Positions 27,201 to 39,199 of a stretch of DNA of 64,000 nt are shown piece by piece. The notes beneath the pieces are model-generated. The model made no database searches, was not told the origin of the DNA, and saw nothing but the letters and a program-made list of their open reading frames with translations. Origin of the DNA: Camelus dromedarius (taxonomy: Eukaryota); contig NC_087437.1 of NCBI RefSeq assembly GCF_036321535.1, positions 23,810,001 to 23,874,000 of the forward strand. The letters are read 5' to 3'. A program made the position numbers and the translations under genes. Position 1 is the first letter of the stretch. Each line of letters begins with the position of its first letter.

Positions 27201-30200
27201 CTTAATGGAGTTTGGATTTTATTCCAAGTGTCATTGACAGGCCTGAGAGTATTCTAAGCAGAAGAGTAAGTTTCATGGTCTGATTTACGTCTTACAAAAT
27301 TTTCAGGAGTACCGAGCACTGGGATTTAAGATGAGAAATGCAAATGCAATCCCTGCCCCCATTGAGTAAGGGGAAAGAGAACTTTATACTCATCTTTACA
27401 GTAAAGAGATCGACACTAACATGATTAAATGATTAACTAGAATCAGAGACAAGTACTTTGAAGGAAAGGACCAGCGTTTTATGACTACATGTGCCAAAGG
27501 GTGGCGAGAGAGAAAGGGAGGGAGTTGGGACAGCCTCCCTGAGAACCACCTTCAGCTGAGATCTAATGGACACAAAGGAGCTGAGCGGACCAGTGCCAGA
27601 GAAAGAACATTTCAGAAAGAAGTCCTGGGATAGTAACAAACAAAGGGCCTTTAAAAATCTGAAAAATAGCGCAGTCTCCCTGAACAGAAGAGAAGGCAAG
27701 GAAGCCTTTTGGGACCTGGTAACAAAATTAAGCAGTTTGGCTTCTAATTTAAAAGTAATGGAAAGCCATAAAGTAGAGACTGAAAGCTCTCTGTAATACA
27801 AGTTGGTTTGTTCTGTTAAAGATTACTGGGTACAGTGTAAAACCCAGACCATAGGCAAGACACTGGCAATGTGGAGATATGAGTTAATAGTAACAGCATT
27901 TCTGTAATCTTCTCAAACTCTTGGAAAGTAAGGATGGTATATTTTTTCCTCAAATCAATGGATTAGGCATATGGAATCAACTGAAATCTGGATAATATTT
28001 CCATTTATATAAGGCCCAGTTTAAAAAATTATAACATAATAGCAAATAGTTGCCATTTCTCATTTGCTAGTTATTTTACACATACCTGAATTGTGCTGCT
28101 ATTTGACATATACTCTCATTTAATCTCTAAACCAATGATTGGATAATATTAGCCCCATTTTATAGATAGGAAAACCGAGGCTTAGAAGTACAGCAACTTG
28201 TTTAAGACCACCACACAACTAGTAGGTACAGAAGCCAGAACTTGATGCCTAATCCAACCCTTCTTTGCCTTTTTTCCACTTGAATAATGAGGATAATTAA
28301 CAGAATTTACCCCATAAGATTGTCAGAGAATTAAATGAGTTAATCTACAATAAGCACTTAGACAAATGCCTAAAACACAGTTAGTTCTCAAGTTTAAGCT
28401 ACATTATTGTTAGCATATTCTTTCTCTCAAGACCTATGCTACATGCAACCTTGGATTTGAGAAAAATAAAATTGAATTATTTTTCTCACAAACTCTCAAG
28501 TTTGATTAGAACCAATTTTAATTATGTATTACCTGTTTCAATTGTCTATGGGTGGATTTAATCATTCTCCAAGTGCCTTGGATGAATATTAGACTTGCTA
28601 ATCATTCTCTAAATAACAACTGTATAAGAATTTAGAGCAGCATTTCTCATCCCTGGCTACACATTTTAATCACCTGAGGAGTTAAAAAATTACCAAATCC
28701 TGAATCCCGCGTGTATGAAAAATATCCCCTGCCATATCAGTAAACAAAGGATGTTGCAGGCAGCCAGCCATCAAGCCAGCAGCCACTGCAGCCACCCCCA
28801 ACTGTGCACCCTGAGGGGATTCAGGATGGACAAAAGCAGGACACTGGCCCTAGATGGCTAAGGTGCAGATCAAAGGAATGAATTCAATGAGCCCAGACTC
28901 TTGCATCTTCCCATAGAGAGGAAAGCACTTAATTCACTACGTTGAGATGTCTGGTTTTCTTTAATTAACAGTAAACGTTTGATGTCCTGACTACCTGGTT
29001 TTGTTGCAGAAATCCTGTATGTCCTGGCTCCTCCTCTACCTCTTTGGAGCCATCCCTCAGTCTTCTGAGTTTAAGTCCTCAGTTTTGTCAGCCATATAAA
29101 ACATAATTCTCAACTTTTAGGTTGTGCAATTTTTTCAATCGACACCCACAACCAGAGCTTCTGATTAAATTTTTCTGGCAGAGTGCCCTGGTACTGGTGT
29201 TATAAGAGCTTCTGCTTAATACTTAAGGCATGGTTGAGATTTACTATCTTAAAGACTTAACGTTTTTTCTAGTGGACATACTTTTGATTGCAAACATCTG
29301 GATGCAATCCAGCCCCTACTGGAAGTTTTATCGCTAGACAAACCAGCCATTCAGCTCCCAAGCAGATTTGTTTGCTCAGAGTAGAATACAAAATGCATAC
29401 ACCCTTGTGGCCAAACCAGATGCCCTTTGATCCTAAGTCCCCAGGATGGTCTCTTAAGATGTGGGTAGCCTCCCTACTTGCAATTCTAGGTGCGCCGTGA
29501 ACTTTGCCATTTGGTAAAGTTCTGGTAATGCTGATAACTGCATTTGTCGAAATGAAAATCTCTGAAGTCGCCTCTGCAGTGATTCAAAGAAATAATGGAT
29601 TCCCTAGTATGTAGTGATATGACTCAATACTTTTCTTACAAATGTAAGGCATGGTTCAGCATGCATACAACAGTAAACTTTCACATATGTTAACAAAATA
29701 AAAATAAGAATTATCCCAGGAAGCTACGTTTCTATTGCTTGCAGCTTCCTGGTTTAAGCACCCATCTCTTTTCTGTGACTCTCACTGAATACAGTTAACC
29801 TCAGATAATAAATGACTCAAAAACACTCAAGGATAAATCTCCTGATTGTGATTACATGACCACAATTTTCAGACAAGCAGAGAATCAATAAAATCTTTTA
29901 TTTAATATGAGTATTTGCGGATTTAATTTATGTGCAGCTTTACATTTCATTAGCTAAGTGTAAATTCAGTACTGTTTTTATTAACTCTCCATTTTTACTA
30001 CCCTGTATAAATAAGTTATTTTTATGATATTTATGATAATAGGTATCAAACAAAAAATCAATAACTAGACTACCAATTTCATTACTGTGCTTTCAATAAA
30101 ATGCACTTCTATGATAAATACACACAGGGACAGAAGATAGACACACACACACCATTTGGAGAATATCAATAATTAATTATGATTTGTATTCTTAAAACAA

Positions 30201-33200
30201 ATGTCTTACCTTGGAATGCTGCTGAAGGATATTCAGGGGAATACCCAGGTGGTAAATATGCTCCTGGGTGAGAAGCATTCATTTGCATATCTGCAATTCA
30301 AGGAGAGGTAAACATACATCTGCTTTGATAAAGTACATATTAGAAAAAATGCATTGTCCCTAGATAATTTTGGTTTGTATGATCTTCCACTGTATTGAAA
30401 TAAAGTGAATTCTTCCCTTAACAAAAGCTGTGCCTGTTACAGAGTAACTTTGCAGTAGAATCCTGTTTCAAACAAATTCCCTTTTTGATAAAATGAGACT
30501 CCTGATTTACTGGGGCTGAATTTCTAGTTATCAGATATGCCTGATGAGTGTTTACTGTTATACTTTGATTTTGTTGGTATTAGAATAAAACTATTAAAAC
30601 TATTAAAAACCACATATAGATCGTGAAGAAAGCCATAAATGAAATTACTTGGAGGTGGGCATGGTAATGGAAGAAACTTGTCTGATTTTAAAGATATCTA
30701 TAATCATTATTATAAGAATTATTTTAAAACTTACTTAAAATAATGCAGATAGTTCAGTATTTAAATATTCTTTTTATGCTTACCCTGGAACTATGTCAAA
30801 ACGGTTAAATTATGGGACATTCCCAATATTTGACTAATTTTGACCTATGAATCATAATGGACTTAATTATAATAAACTAAAATCTTTGTTATCTGCTTAT
30901 CAATGTCATTTAAATAATCTTAATATATATATGTACAAATGGTTCAATTTCCTAGTTCTTCATATTAGTATTTTTTTCTCCAGTCATTCCTTTAGCAGCT
31001 GCCTCAGCCAGAAAATAAATATTGAGCATCTCTTGTGTCACCTGTGAGTTAGGCTCGGGGGCTAGGCTGGCTCTGCCTTCATGAAACTTGTGGTCTACAG
31101 GACACTACACTTACACCATGTTTTGCTCTGTTTCATTGTGGCTCGCTAAGTGTAAATTCAAAAAAAGAATTTTTTTTTGAACATGGCATAAATACAGAAC
31201 AAAATGTTGGCCAAACCTTCAATCTGTCGTATTTCTTGTGTGCGTCTCTATCGTGGGCTTTCAGCTCAGGTGGTTTCAGCAGGAAGGCTGAGCTGTGCCC
31301 CAACCCCCTTTCTCCTCCAGTCTGTTGACTTCATAACAACTTGAGCAGAATGGAGTTCAGGGACACTGTTCAAATTCAGGCAACAGAGAATCCTCCACTT
31401 CAGTCAGGGCTTTTCCCTGTACAGACACTGCCGCATACCCCGAATTACTGCACGTCTCTGCAGTATCACAAGTCTTCCATCTGCTTCTTGGCTTCAGGTG
31501 AGTGGCCAAGCTCCTAGTTCTCCAGCTCTCAAGGCTCTGCCCACAGCTGTCACTCCCAACTTGAGTTGGAAACAACGGGATCAGACTCAGCGTATCTCAG
31601 GGAAAAGCACTGCAAGTCTGACTTAAAGACCCTTCTGTAAATGATATGTCACATTTTGGCACCTCTTCACCAGCACCACTGTTTGACATACCCATGAGTT
31701 GACAGATTCAAGAAATTAGGAGCTCATAAGCCCTGGGGTGTTGTGTTGGTACCAGAACAATGATCCTGGTTTCAGGTGTTCCAGGGAGAATTCATATAAA
31801 GGGAAAATGTGTAAATGTGAATAGGGGAGTGGTCAAGTAGACCAAAGAACATGTGAATTACAGATAGATTCCTGCCTTTATGAAATGCAACTTAATATTA
31901 TTTACATATATTCACATACACATATACATTTATTTCAATTTATGCACATACACACATACCAATACATATAACTATCTATATAAATGTGATGAATTAAAAG
32001 GTGGTTATGACCAAATGAATCTATGTTTAAAGTGATTTGAAGCATCTTAGAGCTTGTAGCAAATAAAGTAGCTTAATACTGCCCAAGTTTACATTTAAAA
32101 ATGTTGAGTTTTGTAAATAAAATGAAGTCAACAGAGCAACCTTTAAGAGAAGATCATGAATCTTCTTGAGGGAAAGGTGAGGTTTCTGGTCTCGAGGAGT
32201 ATCTAATATATCTAGTAAAGCTGCCATTGTCATGAAAGATAAACATGTTTTGGCTATCTTGACAAAGATACAAAAGAGAATAAAGATCATTTTGGAAAAA
32301 GCAGGATTATGTTTTTGTTTCATTTTAGTAGGTATTTTTTTAAAGCCTGAATTCTTTTTTTTTTTTTTTTTTTTTTTACAGCCATTAGGTTTACAACAGA
32401 TTTGAGAGGGAGGCATACAGATTTCCCATATTCCCTCTGCTATTACATATGCATTTTTTACCAAGGATGAATCTACAATGACACATCATAAGCACCCAAA
32501 GTCCAGAGTTTATTAGGGTCATCTCTTGGTGCTGTACATCCTGTGGTTATGGGCAAAGGTATAACGACATATATCCATCATTATAATGTCATCAGAGTAT
32601 TTTAAGTGCCCTAAAATCTTTTGTGCTCTCCCAGCTCAACCTTCCCACTACACCCACACCTGGCAATCACTGAACTTTATGTCTTGATAGCTTTGCCTTT
32701 TCCAGAATGTCATTACAATTGGAATCATATATAGCCTTTTCAGATTGGCTTCTCTCACTTGACTAATACACATTTAAGATTGCTCCATGCCTTTCTGTGG
32801 TTTAACAGCTCATTTCATTTTTAGCACTGAATAATATTCCACTATTTGTATGTACCACAGTTGATACATCCATTCATCTATTGAAGTGTATCTTGCTTTC
32901 TTCCAAGGTTTGGTAATTTTGAATAAAGTCACTATCAATATCCAAGAGCAGGATTTTGTGTGGGTTTTTCAACCCCTTTGGGTAAATACCAATGAGTGTA
33001 GTTTTCTGGATTGTATGGTAAGAACACGTTTAGTTTTGTAAGAAACTTGCAAACTGTCTTACAAAGTGGCTGCACCATTTTGCATTCCAACCAGAAATGT
33101 GTGAGAGTTCCTGTTGCTCCACATCCTCACCAGCATTTGGTGTTACCATTGTTCCAGATTTTGGCCATACTAGTAAGAATGTAGTGATATCTCATTGTTG

Positions 33201-34581
33201 TTTTAATTTGCATTTCCCTGATAACATGTGATATGACATGGGTATGGACGTATGATTTCATACCCTTATTTGCCACCTGTACATTCTCTTTGGTGAGGTG
33301 TCCTTTATGTTTTTGGACATTTTTAAGAGGAATTTTGTTGTTGTTGTTGTTGTTGCTGAGTTTAAGGGTACTTTGTGTATTTTGCATACAGTCCTTTATC
33401 AGATTTGTCTTTTGCAAATATTTTCTCCCAGTCTGTGGCCTGTCTTCTGATTTGCTTGATAAGATCTTTTGCAGAGCAGAAGTTCTGGATTTTAATGAAG
33501 TCCAGCTTATCAATCATTTCATTCATGGATTGGGTTTTGGTGCTATAAATTAAAAGGCATTGCTATACCCACAATTATCTAGATCTTCTCCTCTGTTATC
33601 TTCTAGGGATTTTATAGTTTCATTTTTCACATTTAGGTCTATAATGCATTTTGAGTTAATTTTTGTGAGAGGTGTAAGGTCAGTGTGTAGATTCTTTTTT
33701 TTTTTTTTTTATGTGGATGTCCAGTTACTCTAGCACCATTCGTTGAAGAGACTATCTTTGTTCCATTGTATTGCCTTGTTCCTTTGCCAAAGATCAGTTG
33801 ACTATTTATACATAGTTAGAAACTGAGTTTCTAACTATGGGCTCTCTGTTCTGTTCCAGTGACCTATATTTGTCTGTTCTTTTGCAACCACCACATTGTC
33901 TTGATACTGTATTTATAGTAAGTCTCGATTTTGGGTAGAATCAGTCCTCTAACTTTGTTCTCCTCAGGATTTTATTCTTAACATTTTCCTCTCATATTTA
34001 TTGTTTTTCTCTTTAAAATAAAATTTTAAAAAGAGAAGGTCTTTTATTACATGCTTGATCAATATCCATCTTCTTTAGAATTTTCTTGAGAGAATAAGAG
34101 CCTGAACATAATGGTTGTTATTTATTTAAACCTATATACTTGTGTATATTATAGAATATTACATCAGGGGATATAGCTGAGGATTTTACATAATGAATTG
34201 ACATATTAAATTTATTATTTACTAATTAGTATGATCTGAATAACATTTGCATATACGAAATGCCCACAGAAAAGGGAAAAGTGATCTGGATGGAATAGAG
34301 AAATAAATTATATATTTCCCAATAAACTTAGCATTTCTTAGGTTTCTCTAATTTTTTTTTTTATTTTTTAAAGGGAAAATAGGCAGAATTGGATATTTGT
34401 CTACATTTTCTCCATAGTACAATACTGAAATACACACTGGATTCTTGAATTAAACAACACAAAGCAAATTATGTCCTTTCTGAAACTGAATAAAACATTA
34501 TAACAAATAATCTGTTAACAACAGAATTAACATTATATGGTGGAAAGTAAGCAAAGTGAATTACTTACTTTGGTTGTCCAT
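11172..34581 (-). CDS. PLSCR2: Phospholipid scramblase (PLSCR2/PLSCR1-like paralog), spliced CDS join(complement 34569-34581, 30210-30290, 25878-26248, 24447-24489, 23153-23373, 20196-20357, 13668-13829, 11172-11231); 1113 nt, 370 aa, no internal stop
   Basis: Manual splicing at GT-AG sites gives [14 protein letters not shown]...[22 protein letters not shown]...[26 protein letters not shown]...[10 protein letters not shown]...[19 protein letters not shown]. Exon sizes 81/43/221/162/162 match the PLSCR1/2 structure as I recall it. The PLSCR2 label rests on position directly downstream of a PLSCR1-type gene and on PLSCR2-like N-terminal motifs (GHIxYP, DYLVxPAG); orthology is not proven. Confidence 0.88.
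12870..13210. mobile_element. MER5-like hAT-Charlie DNA transposon relic(s)
   Basis: gcatattggaatcac...cccacctccagagatt...aaaagctacccaggtg pattern occurring twice. Confidence 0.55.
13668..13829 (-). CDS. PLSCR2: PLSCR2-like exon 8 ([54 protein letters not shown])
   Basis: Overlaps ORF 13614..13805; atttag| acceptor and |gtaagt donor; 162 nt; contains the NLS-like, Ca-loop and C-terminal helix regions. Confidence 0.93.
14830..15268 (+). mobile_element. MaLR (MLT1-type) solo LTR
   Basis: cttggccatgtgccttgttt...aataaatgcttattttttaagccactgag...ttatgcaacatt. Confidence 0.75.
15652..16540 (+). mobile_element. MER21-like LTR element
   Basis: ggtctttgtcccaggttcctggcaca...gctaatgagatgactggtggctg...ggctggttaccagaaag; ORF 15732..16235 lies inside it. 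Confidence 0.7.
17105..17312. mobile_element. MER58-like hAT DNA transposon
   Basis: taaagatttattagcacac...cattcatttatgtattgtct...aaaaaggtttgctgatttctg. Confidence 0.65.
20196..20357 (-). CDS. PLSCR2: PLSCR2-like exon 7 ([54 protein letters not shown])
   Basis: ttttatag|ATAGAAATC...TTTGAG|gtaaga; 162 nt. Confidence 0.93.
20670..20917. mobile_element. Tigger-family MITE (MER8-like), 248 bp
   Basis: Inverted termini cagatgacccttgaacaa / ttgttcaagcatcaactg, flanked by TA on both sides (20668-69, 20918-19). Confidence 0.85.
21238..21295. repeat. (TA)n microsatellite
   Basis: Pure TA run of about 28 units. Confidence 0.97.
23153..23373 (-). CDS. PLSCR2: PLSCR2-like exon 6 ([31 protein letters not shown]...LCFPCCLQE)
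   Basis: Lies inside ORF 23117..23434; ttttcag| acceptor and CAGGAG|gtcggt donor; 221 nt; clear scramblase domain. Confidence 0.93.
24447..24489 (-). CDS. PLSCR2: PLSCR2-like exon 5 ([14 protein letters not shown])
   Basis: ctaatag|ATAGATCAG...ACAGAAG|gtatgt; 43 nt. Confidence 0.92.
25400..25665 (+). mobile_element. MIR SINE
   Basis: ggcctcagtttctcttctgtaaaacgatgataat...ggattaactgagttaacacatgt...gtgcttaataaa. Confidence 0.75.
25878..26248 (-). CDS. PLSCR2: PLSCR2-like exon 4 (Pro-rich/heptad-repeat region ending [11 protein letters not shown])
   Basis: atttcag|CATCTCCAGGA...TTAAACCAG|gtaact; 371 nt, phase 1 to 0, open throughout. Confidence 0.9.
26001..26231 (-). repeat. Coding 21-bp degenerate tandem repeat (about 11 units) in exon 4
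   Basis: Units encode [77 protein letters not shown]. Confidence 0.85.
26770..27890 (+). mobile_element. L2 LINE fragments
   Basis: cctgctctcagggagcttaca, attccaggaggaagg, gagtttggattttattccaagtg, cagctgagatctaatggacacaaagga. Confidence 0.55.
28060..28410. mobile_element. MIR fragments
   Basis: ccccattttatagataggaaaaccgaggcttaga; gaattaaatgagttaat. Confidence 0.65.
28712..29144 (+). mobile_element. ERV-type solo LTR inserted into a MER5-like element (28635-29245)
   Basis: TG...CA termini (tgtatgaaaa...tcaatcgaca); polyA-like ATATAAAA near the 3' end; the flanks are the two halves of a MER5-like element. Confidence 0.7.
30210..30290 (-). CDS. PLSCR2: PLSCR2-like exon 3 ([27 protein letters not shown])
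   Basis: ttgcag|...TTCCAAG|gtaaga; 81 nt; homologous to PLSCR1 QMNASHPETNLPVGYPPQYPPTAFQ. Confidence 0.9.
32350..33990 (-). mobile_element. LINE-1 3' portion with polyA (T run at 32355-32378)
   Basis: ORF 33127..33513 (..[14 protein letters not shown]..) is the L1 ORF2 C-terminus. Confidence 0.9.
34569..34581 (-). CDS. PLSCR2: PLSCR2-like exon 2 coding part (ATG GAC AAC CAA A = MDNQ); full exon 34569-34594
   Basis: ctttttcag|AACTCTTTAAACCATGGACAACCAAA|gtaagt; strong Kozak context ACCATGG; 26-nt exon like PLSCR1 exon 2 (MDKQ). Confidence 0.85.
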
Positions 34582-35559
34582 GGTTTAAAGAGTTCTGAAA
34601 AAGAAGACCTCATATTAATACACTGCCTACAAATTTATAAGCCAAGTATGACAGTTGAAACAAGATACTCTGAAGCTATACAGACACACACATGGGCTAT
34701 TCCTCTTTTTCATCTAGCATAGCCATATCTGGGCATTTAAACCCCTTGGGCTTGACCCTTCCCCTTTGCTGTGTTTCTGAATAGGATTTTACAAGGGATT
34801 GGTCAGCCCAGGATGGTGACCAATTTCTAAAACCCTGAGGGGAGAGGCTCCAATGAGGCAGAAAGCCATGAAGAAAAATTTTGAGCTTAAGACTGCATAT
34901 GGTAACAAAGTTAGAAAGCAATGGAGCATGTGATCCAGCATCCAGCCTCAGGGCTGGGCTGCAGGCATGGTCCAGCATGAGGAAAAAGTTTAGCTATTAG
35001 GTTGTACTACTGTAAATACCTCTGGAAATTCCAGGTCCTGAGGATATATTCTACCTAGCTTGAACAGCAAATTTGAGAAGGCCTGACCCCCTGTTTTATA
35101 TATCAATACATTCATTTAGCCAAAAAAAAAAAATTGCTCAGAGGTTATGGGAGCTGTAACACCATGATAATTGAACTGAAACTTTTTGTGGTTATTTCAG
35201 TAGAAAACAAACATGATAATGTAACTGAAATCTAACTATTATTTTAATAGAAAACAGACAAGCCCATTGTACTCAGAACTTCTGTTTTCTAGAGCCTTGA
35301 TCTCATTCTAGTTTTTCCCACAACCACCTAGTCACTATTTTTGCTATCTCTCTACCTTAAATCCCAACCCACTTATGCCTGTTAATTACAATTAACATGT
35401 GACAAAAACTGTTACCTGACTGATTCCTCTTGAATTACACATTAATATGAATCAGTCCTCCCCTTTCCCAAACCCTGTCCGGTCTTGTCTGCCCTTTACT
35501 AAAGCTTCCTACTGTCATCATAAATGGTAAATAAAGTCAAATAATTCCTCCAATAAGTG

Positions 35560-36455
35560 TCTAATACTCAGATTATACAAAGAACTCATACAACTCAATA
35601 TCAAAGAAAAACAAATAATCTTTCTTAGAATGGCTTTTATCAAAAATACAAGAGATAATAAATGGTGGTAAGCATGTGAAGAAAAGGGAACCCTCATACA
35701 CTGTTGGTGGGAATATAAATTAGTGCAGCCATTATGGAAACCAGTATGCGGGCTATTTCAAAAAATTAAAAATAGGACTACCATAGGATCCAACAATTCC
35801 ACTTCAGAGTATTAACCTAAAGATAACAAAAGCATTAATTCAAAAAGATATATGCACCCCTATGTTCACTGCAGCATTGTTTACAATAGCCAATATATGG
35901 AGTCAACCTAAATGTTCATCAATAGATGAATGCCTAAAGAAGGTGTATATACACACTTACATATACACATACACACATAAACATTTACACACAGAGGAAT
36001 ATTACTTAGCTATGAAAAGAATGAAATCTTGCTATTTGCAACAACACAGATGGACCTAAAGGTTTTTATGCTAACTGAAATATGTCAGAGAAAGACAAAT
36101 ATGCTGTGATCTCACTTATAGGTGGACTCCAAAAATAAAACAAATAAACAAATAAAACAAGACAGGAAAAGACTTACAGATACAGAGAACAAACTGCTAG
36201 TTGCCAGAGGGGACAGGGGTGTGGAGTTGGGCAAAATGGGTAAAAGGGATTAAGAAGTACAAACTTCCAGGTATAAAAGAAGTGGCTGAAATATACAGCA
36301 TAAGGAATATAGTCAGTAATACTGTAGTAATTTTGTACGGTTATATTGATTATTAGACTTATCATTGTGACTATTTTTTAATATATTTGATTGTCAAATC
36401 ACTATGTTGTACACCAGAAACTAACATAATATTATATTTTATGTTTGAAAAAAAA
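35560..36455 (+). mobile_element. LINE-1 3' end in intron 1
   Basis: ORF 35862..36059 MFTAALFTIANIWSQPKC; L1 3'UTR ending in an A run. Confidence 0.9.
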
Positions 36456-37899
36456 GTCAACAAATCTCTAACATCCTTTACTAAAATTTGGTGTTCCCAA
36501 GAAGATCCTCTTCTCCATTTCAAAATCCTAAGTAGGTAAGGCCTTATACCAGGCAGTAAAACAAAGGGAAAAATGGACAACAAAATTAAGTACCATATTA
36601 TAAATACTCTAAGTGCTATGATGAAAAATAATGGTTTTACAAGAAAGAGAGATGGAGGCACCATTTTAGACAGCGGTGGTGGTAGAGTTGTCAAGAAAGT
36701 CAGGTCTGGGAGCCACCGGAAGTCTAAAAGCAACCAGGCCATGGAGGTGTGTGTTTGGGTGTGGGGAGGCATTAGAGGCAAAGGTAACTGTATGGGTAGA
36801 AATTCTGAAGCTGGAAGGAGCTTGGTTCATTCAAGGGAATGAAGATCTGTGGGTTACAGAGCAAAGAGAAAGATCATTGGACAGGAGGATGGAGAGGTGG
36901 ACAGGGGACAGTTCTTACAGGTTTCCTGTGTCTTTACCTGCTCTCTAGGCTCTCAAAGGCCAGAGCATGACCTGTCTCGTCAGGACAAGACATTTAACTG
37001 GTGCTTGTTGATTCAACAGTGTGTACCGTATTATTTCAGTCCCTTCAGTTAAAAAGAACAGCTATTACTTACAGATGTGAAGGCTGGCTAATATGTGACC
37101 CAGCTATTTTATATGCCACTTCTGTCTAACTGCAGACATGCACTTGCTTCCCTTTTCATTTATTTTCATTTCCTTGTATTTGTTCAGTGTTCGAAGCCCT
37201 GAAAATTGTCATATTCACCCAGGTGATATTAAGAGAAAGTTCTGTTGTTAAGAAAGTTCCAAGAAGAAAAAGAGGACCCTGAACCGCCTGACACTTTACA
37301 CTAAGCAAGTGACACTTGTGCTAACCTTGTATCTCAAATTGCTAAACTGGGGTGGTCAGATTGCCTGTGGGGAAGGGGCTATGTCAGAATTTCCAGGAAT
37401 AACTGTCTAAATAAAACCATATGGGAACCAGACAGCTTAGAGAAGCAGGGACTTCGTCAAATATTAATAATGAATCTAGTACATTCTGCAGTGACAGACC
37501 CTGTCTGATAAAGTTACACATCATACTCTAACTCCTGTTAACTTTTGATCATTACACAATTTCAGAGATGATCAAGGAAGGAATATGTGGAAGAAAGCGG
37601 CTCAGAGTCCACAGGTAATAAGCAGTAGAGGCAGCTTCAAGTCAGGCAGGTTGACTCCTGAGCTAATGGTTTTATCCTCAATGAGATAAACCACCTGTGT
37701 CTTCCCACTTCTGGCGTTCCGGGGCGTCTAGCATAGTTTTGGCTCCAGCCATACTCCTCATTAATACTTACTGTTCAGGGACAGCTAGCAGGTTCTATTA
37801 ATCGTCCCTTCTAATACCCCAAGTGCTGGCAGACTCCCCTGAGCCCAGGTTCTGCTCATGATCCAGGGCTGCTCTCAGCGCTGTGAAGAGATGTACTAG

Positions 37900-38460
37900 G
37901 CAAAGTGCAGCCTACAAGGCGGTTTCAGGCAGGAAACACGTTGGCCTTGTATAGGTCCTGGGACTGGCCGGGGTACCTCTGGGCTAGCTGGGCCCCTCGC
38001 TGGATCCCTGCTGTGTTTCTGAGGTCACTGCCAGAGGCGGCTGAGCCGCCAGCCCCACCAGGTGAAGCCTCGCGCCCCGCCCCCACCGGCCGTCTTGGCC
38101 CCTGCGCGTGCTCTTGCGCACGCGCTCTGCCTCTGCCCTGGTCCTGCGCAGTCAGAACTGAGCCAGCGGAAGTTTGGGGTCCATGTGCCTGAGGTGATTC
38201 TCTTCCCCTGAGGCCCCGCGTTGCTGCTGGAAGGCGGTAGACCATGGAGGCCAGACCGCCGCTCTGGGTGAGGCTCGAGCCACAGAGACGTTGCCTGCTC
38301 CCTTTCTTACTAGTGGAGAGGCTCCAAAAACGTTGGTTTTGAGGTTCAGGGCTGTGAGGAACTGGGACGTGGCCCCCAGCTGAGACTTGAAGTCGTTAAT
38401 GTGGGAGTGGCTGCCTCACCGTGAGCTCTCAGTGCCCAGCTCTGGGGATTTCCTTTTCTC
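37900..38460. promoter_or_regulatory. GC/CpG-rich promoter of the PLSCR2-like gene (GC box, NRF1-like site, kB-like site)
   Basis: Local CpG enrichment; CCCCGCCCC at about 38075; TGCGCACGCGC at 38115-38125; GGGGATTTCC at 38444-38453. Confidence 0.7.
37977..38070 (-). other. Non-coding exon 1 of the PLSCR2-like gene (5' end approximate)
   Basis: Minus strand reads ...CAGCTAGCCCAGAG|GTACCC with the donor at 37976, resembling the recalled end of PLSCR1 exon 1 (..CCAGAG). It lies in the GC/CpG-rich patch nearest the 5' end of exon 2. Confidence 0.65.
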
Positions 38461-39199
38461 AGACCTTGACTTCCATCGCCTAGAATCCCATTGCTTCCAA
38501 AGCTGGGGTGCAGAGAGGGGTTCAGAGAACAAATGAGGATGGGTCACGCTTGATTTTCTTGAAGGTCTCTTTTCTGTCTACCAGATGACGTTTTAAACTA
38601 GTTGAACAGTCAAAGCGATCAGATGTGTACAGTGTTTAATTTTCTTGCCCCCACATGACACACAGCCATGCATAAATACATACCGGTTAAACTGGTGTGT
38701 TCATTCTTTTTTTTTTTTTTAAACAATTTTTATTTACAAAAGTAACACGTGATCTTCCAAACAATAAAGCTGGATATGGAGGAAAAAAAATGAAACCTTA
38801 CCCTTTCCACTCCCTGTTTCTCTTCCCATTACACTGTTAATCATGTTAACAGACACGTGAATATTTAACCAAGAGAGGTAGGTGGGAGGAGAGAAGAAGG
38901 ATATTGGAAGGGAGGGGAATAGAGAGAAAAATTGAGAAAATAAGACGGAGAAAGGAGGGACGAGACCAAACCATGCTGGTTTGAATCCTTTCTAAGCCAT
39001 TTGCCATCTCTGTGACATTGTGAAAGTTACCGGACCATGTCGGTGCCTCATTTTTATATGTTAAATGAAGGTAGTAATAGTATCTGCTTCATAGGATTTT
39101 TATGAAGATTAAAGAAGATTAAGAGTTTAGAATGGTGCCTGCCAGAGTAAGCATTATGTAAATGTTATACATACAAGTATGTGTATACATATGTTTACA

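Noticed and set aside
38036..38050. Inverted repeat GGCGGCT-G-AGCCGCC in exon 1
   Set aside because: Short, in a GC-rich context, and not conserved in the left copy.
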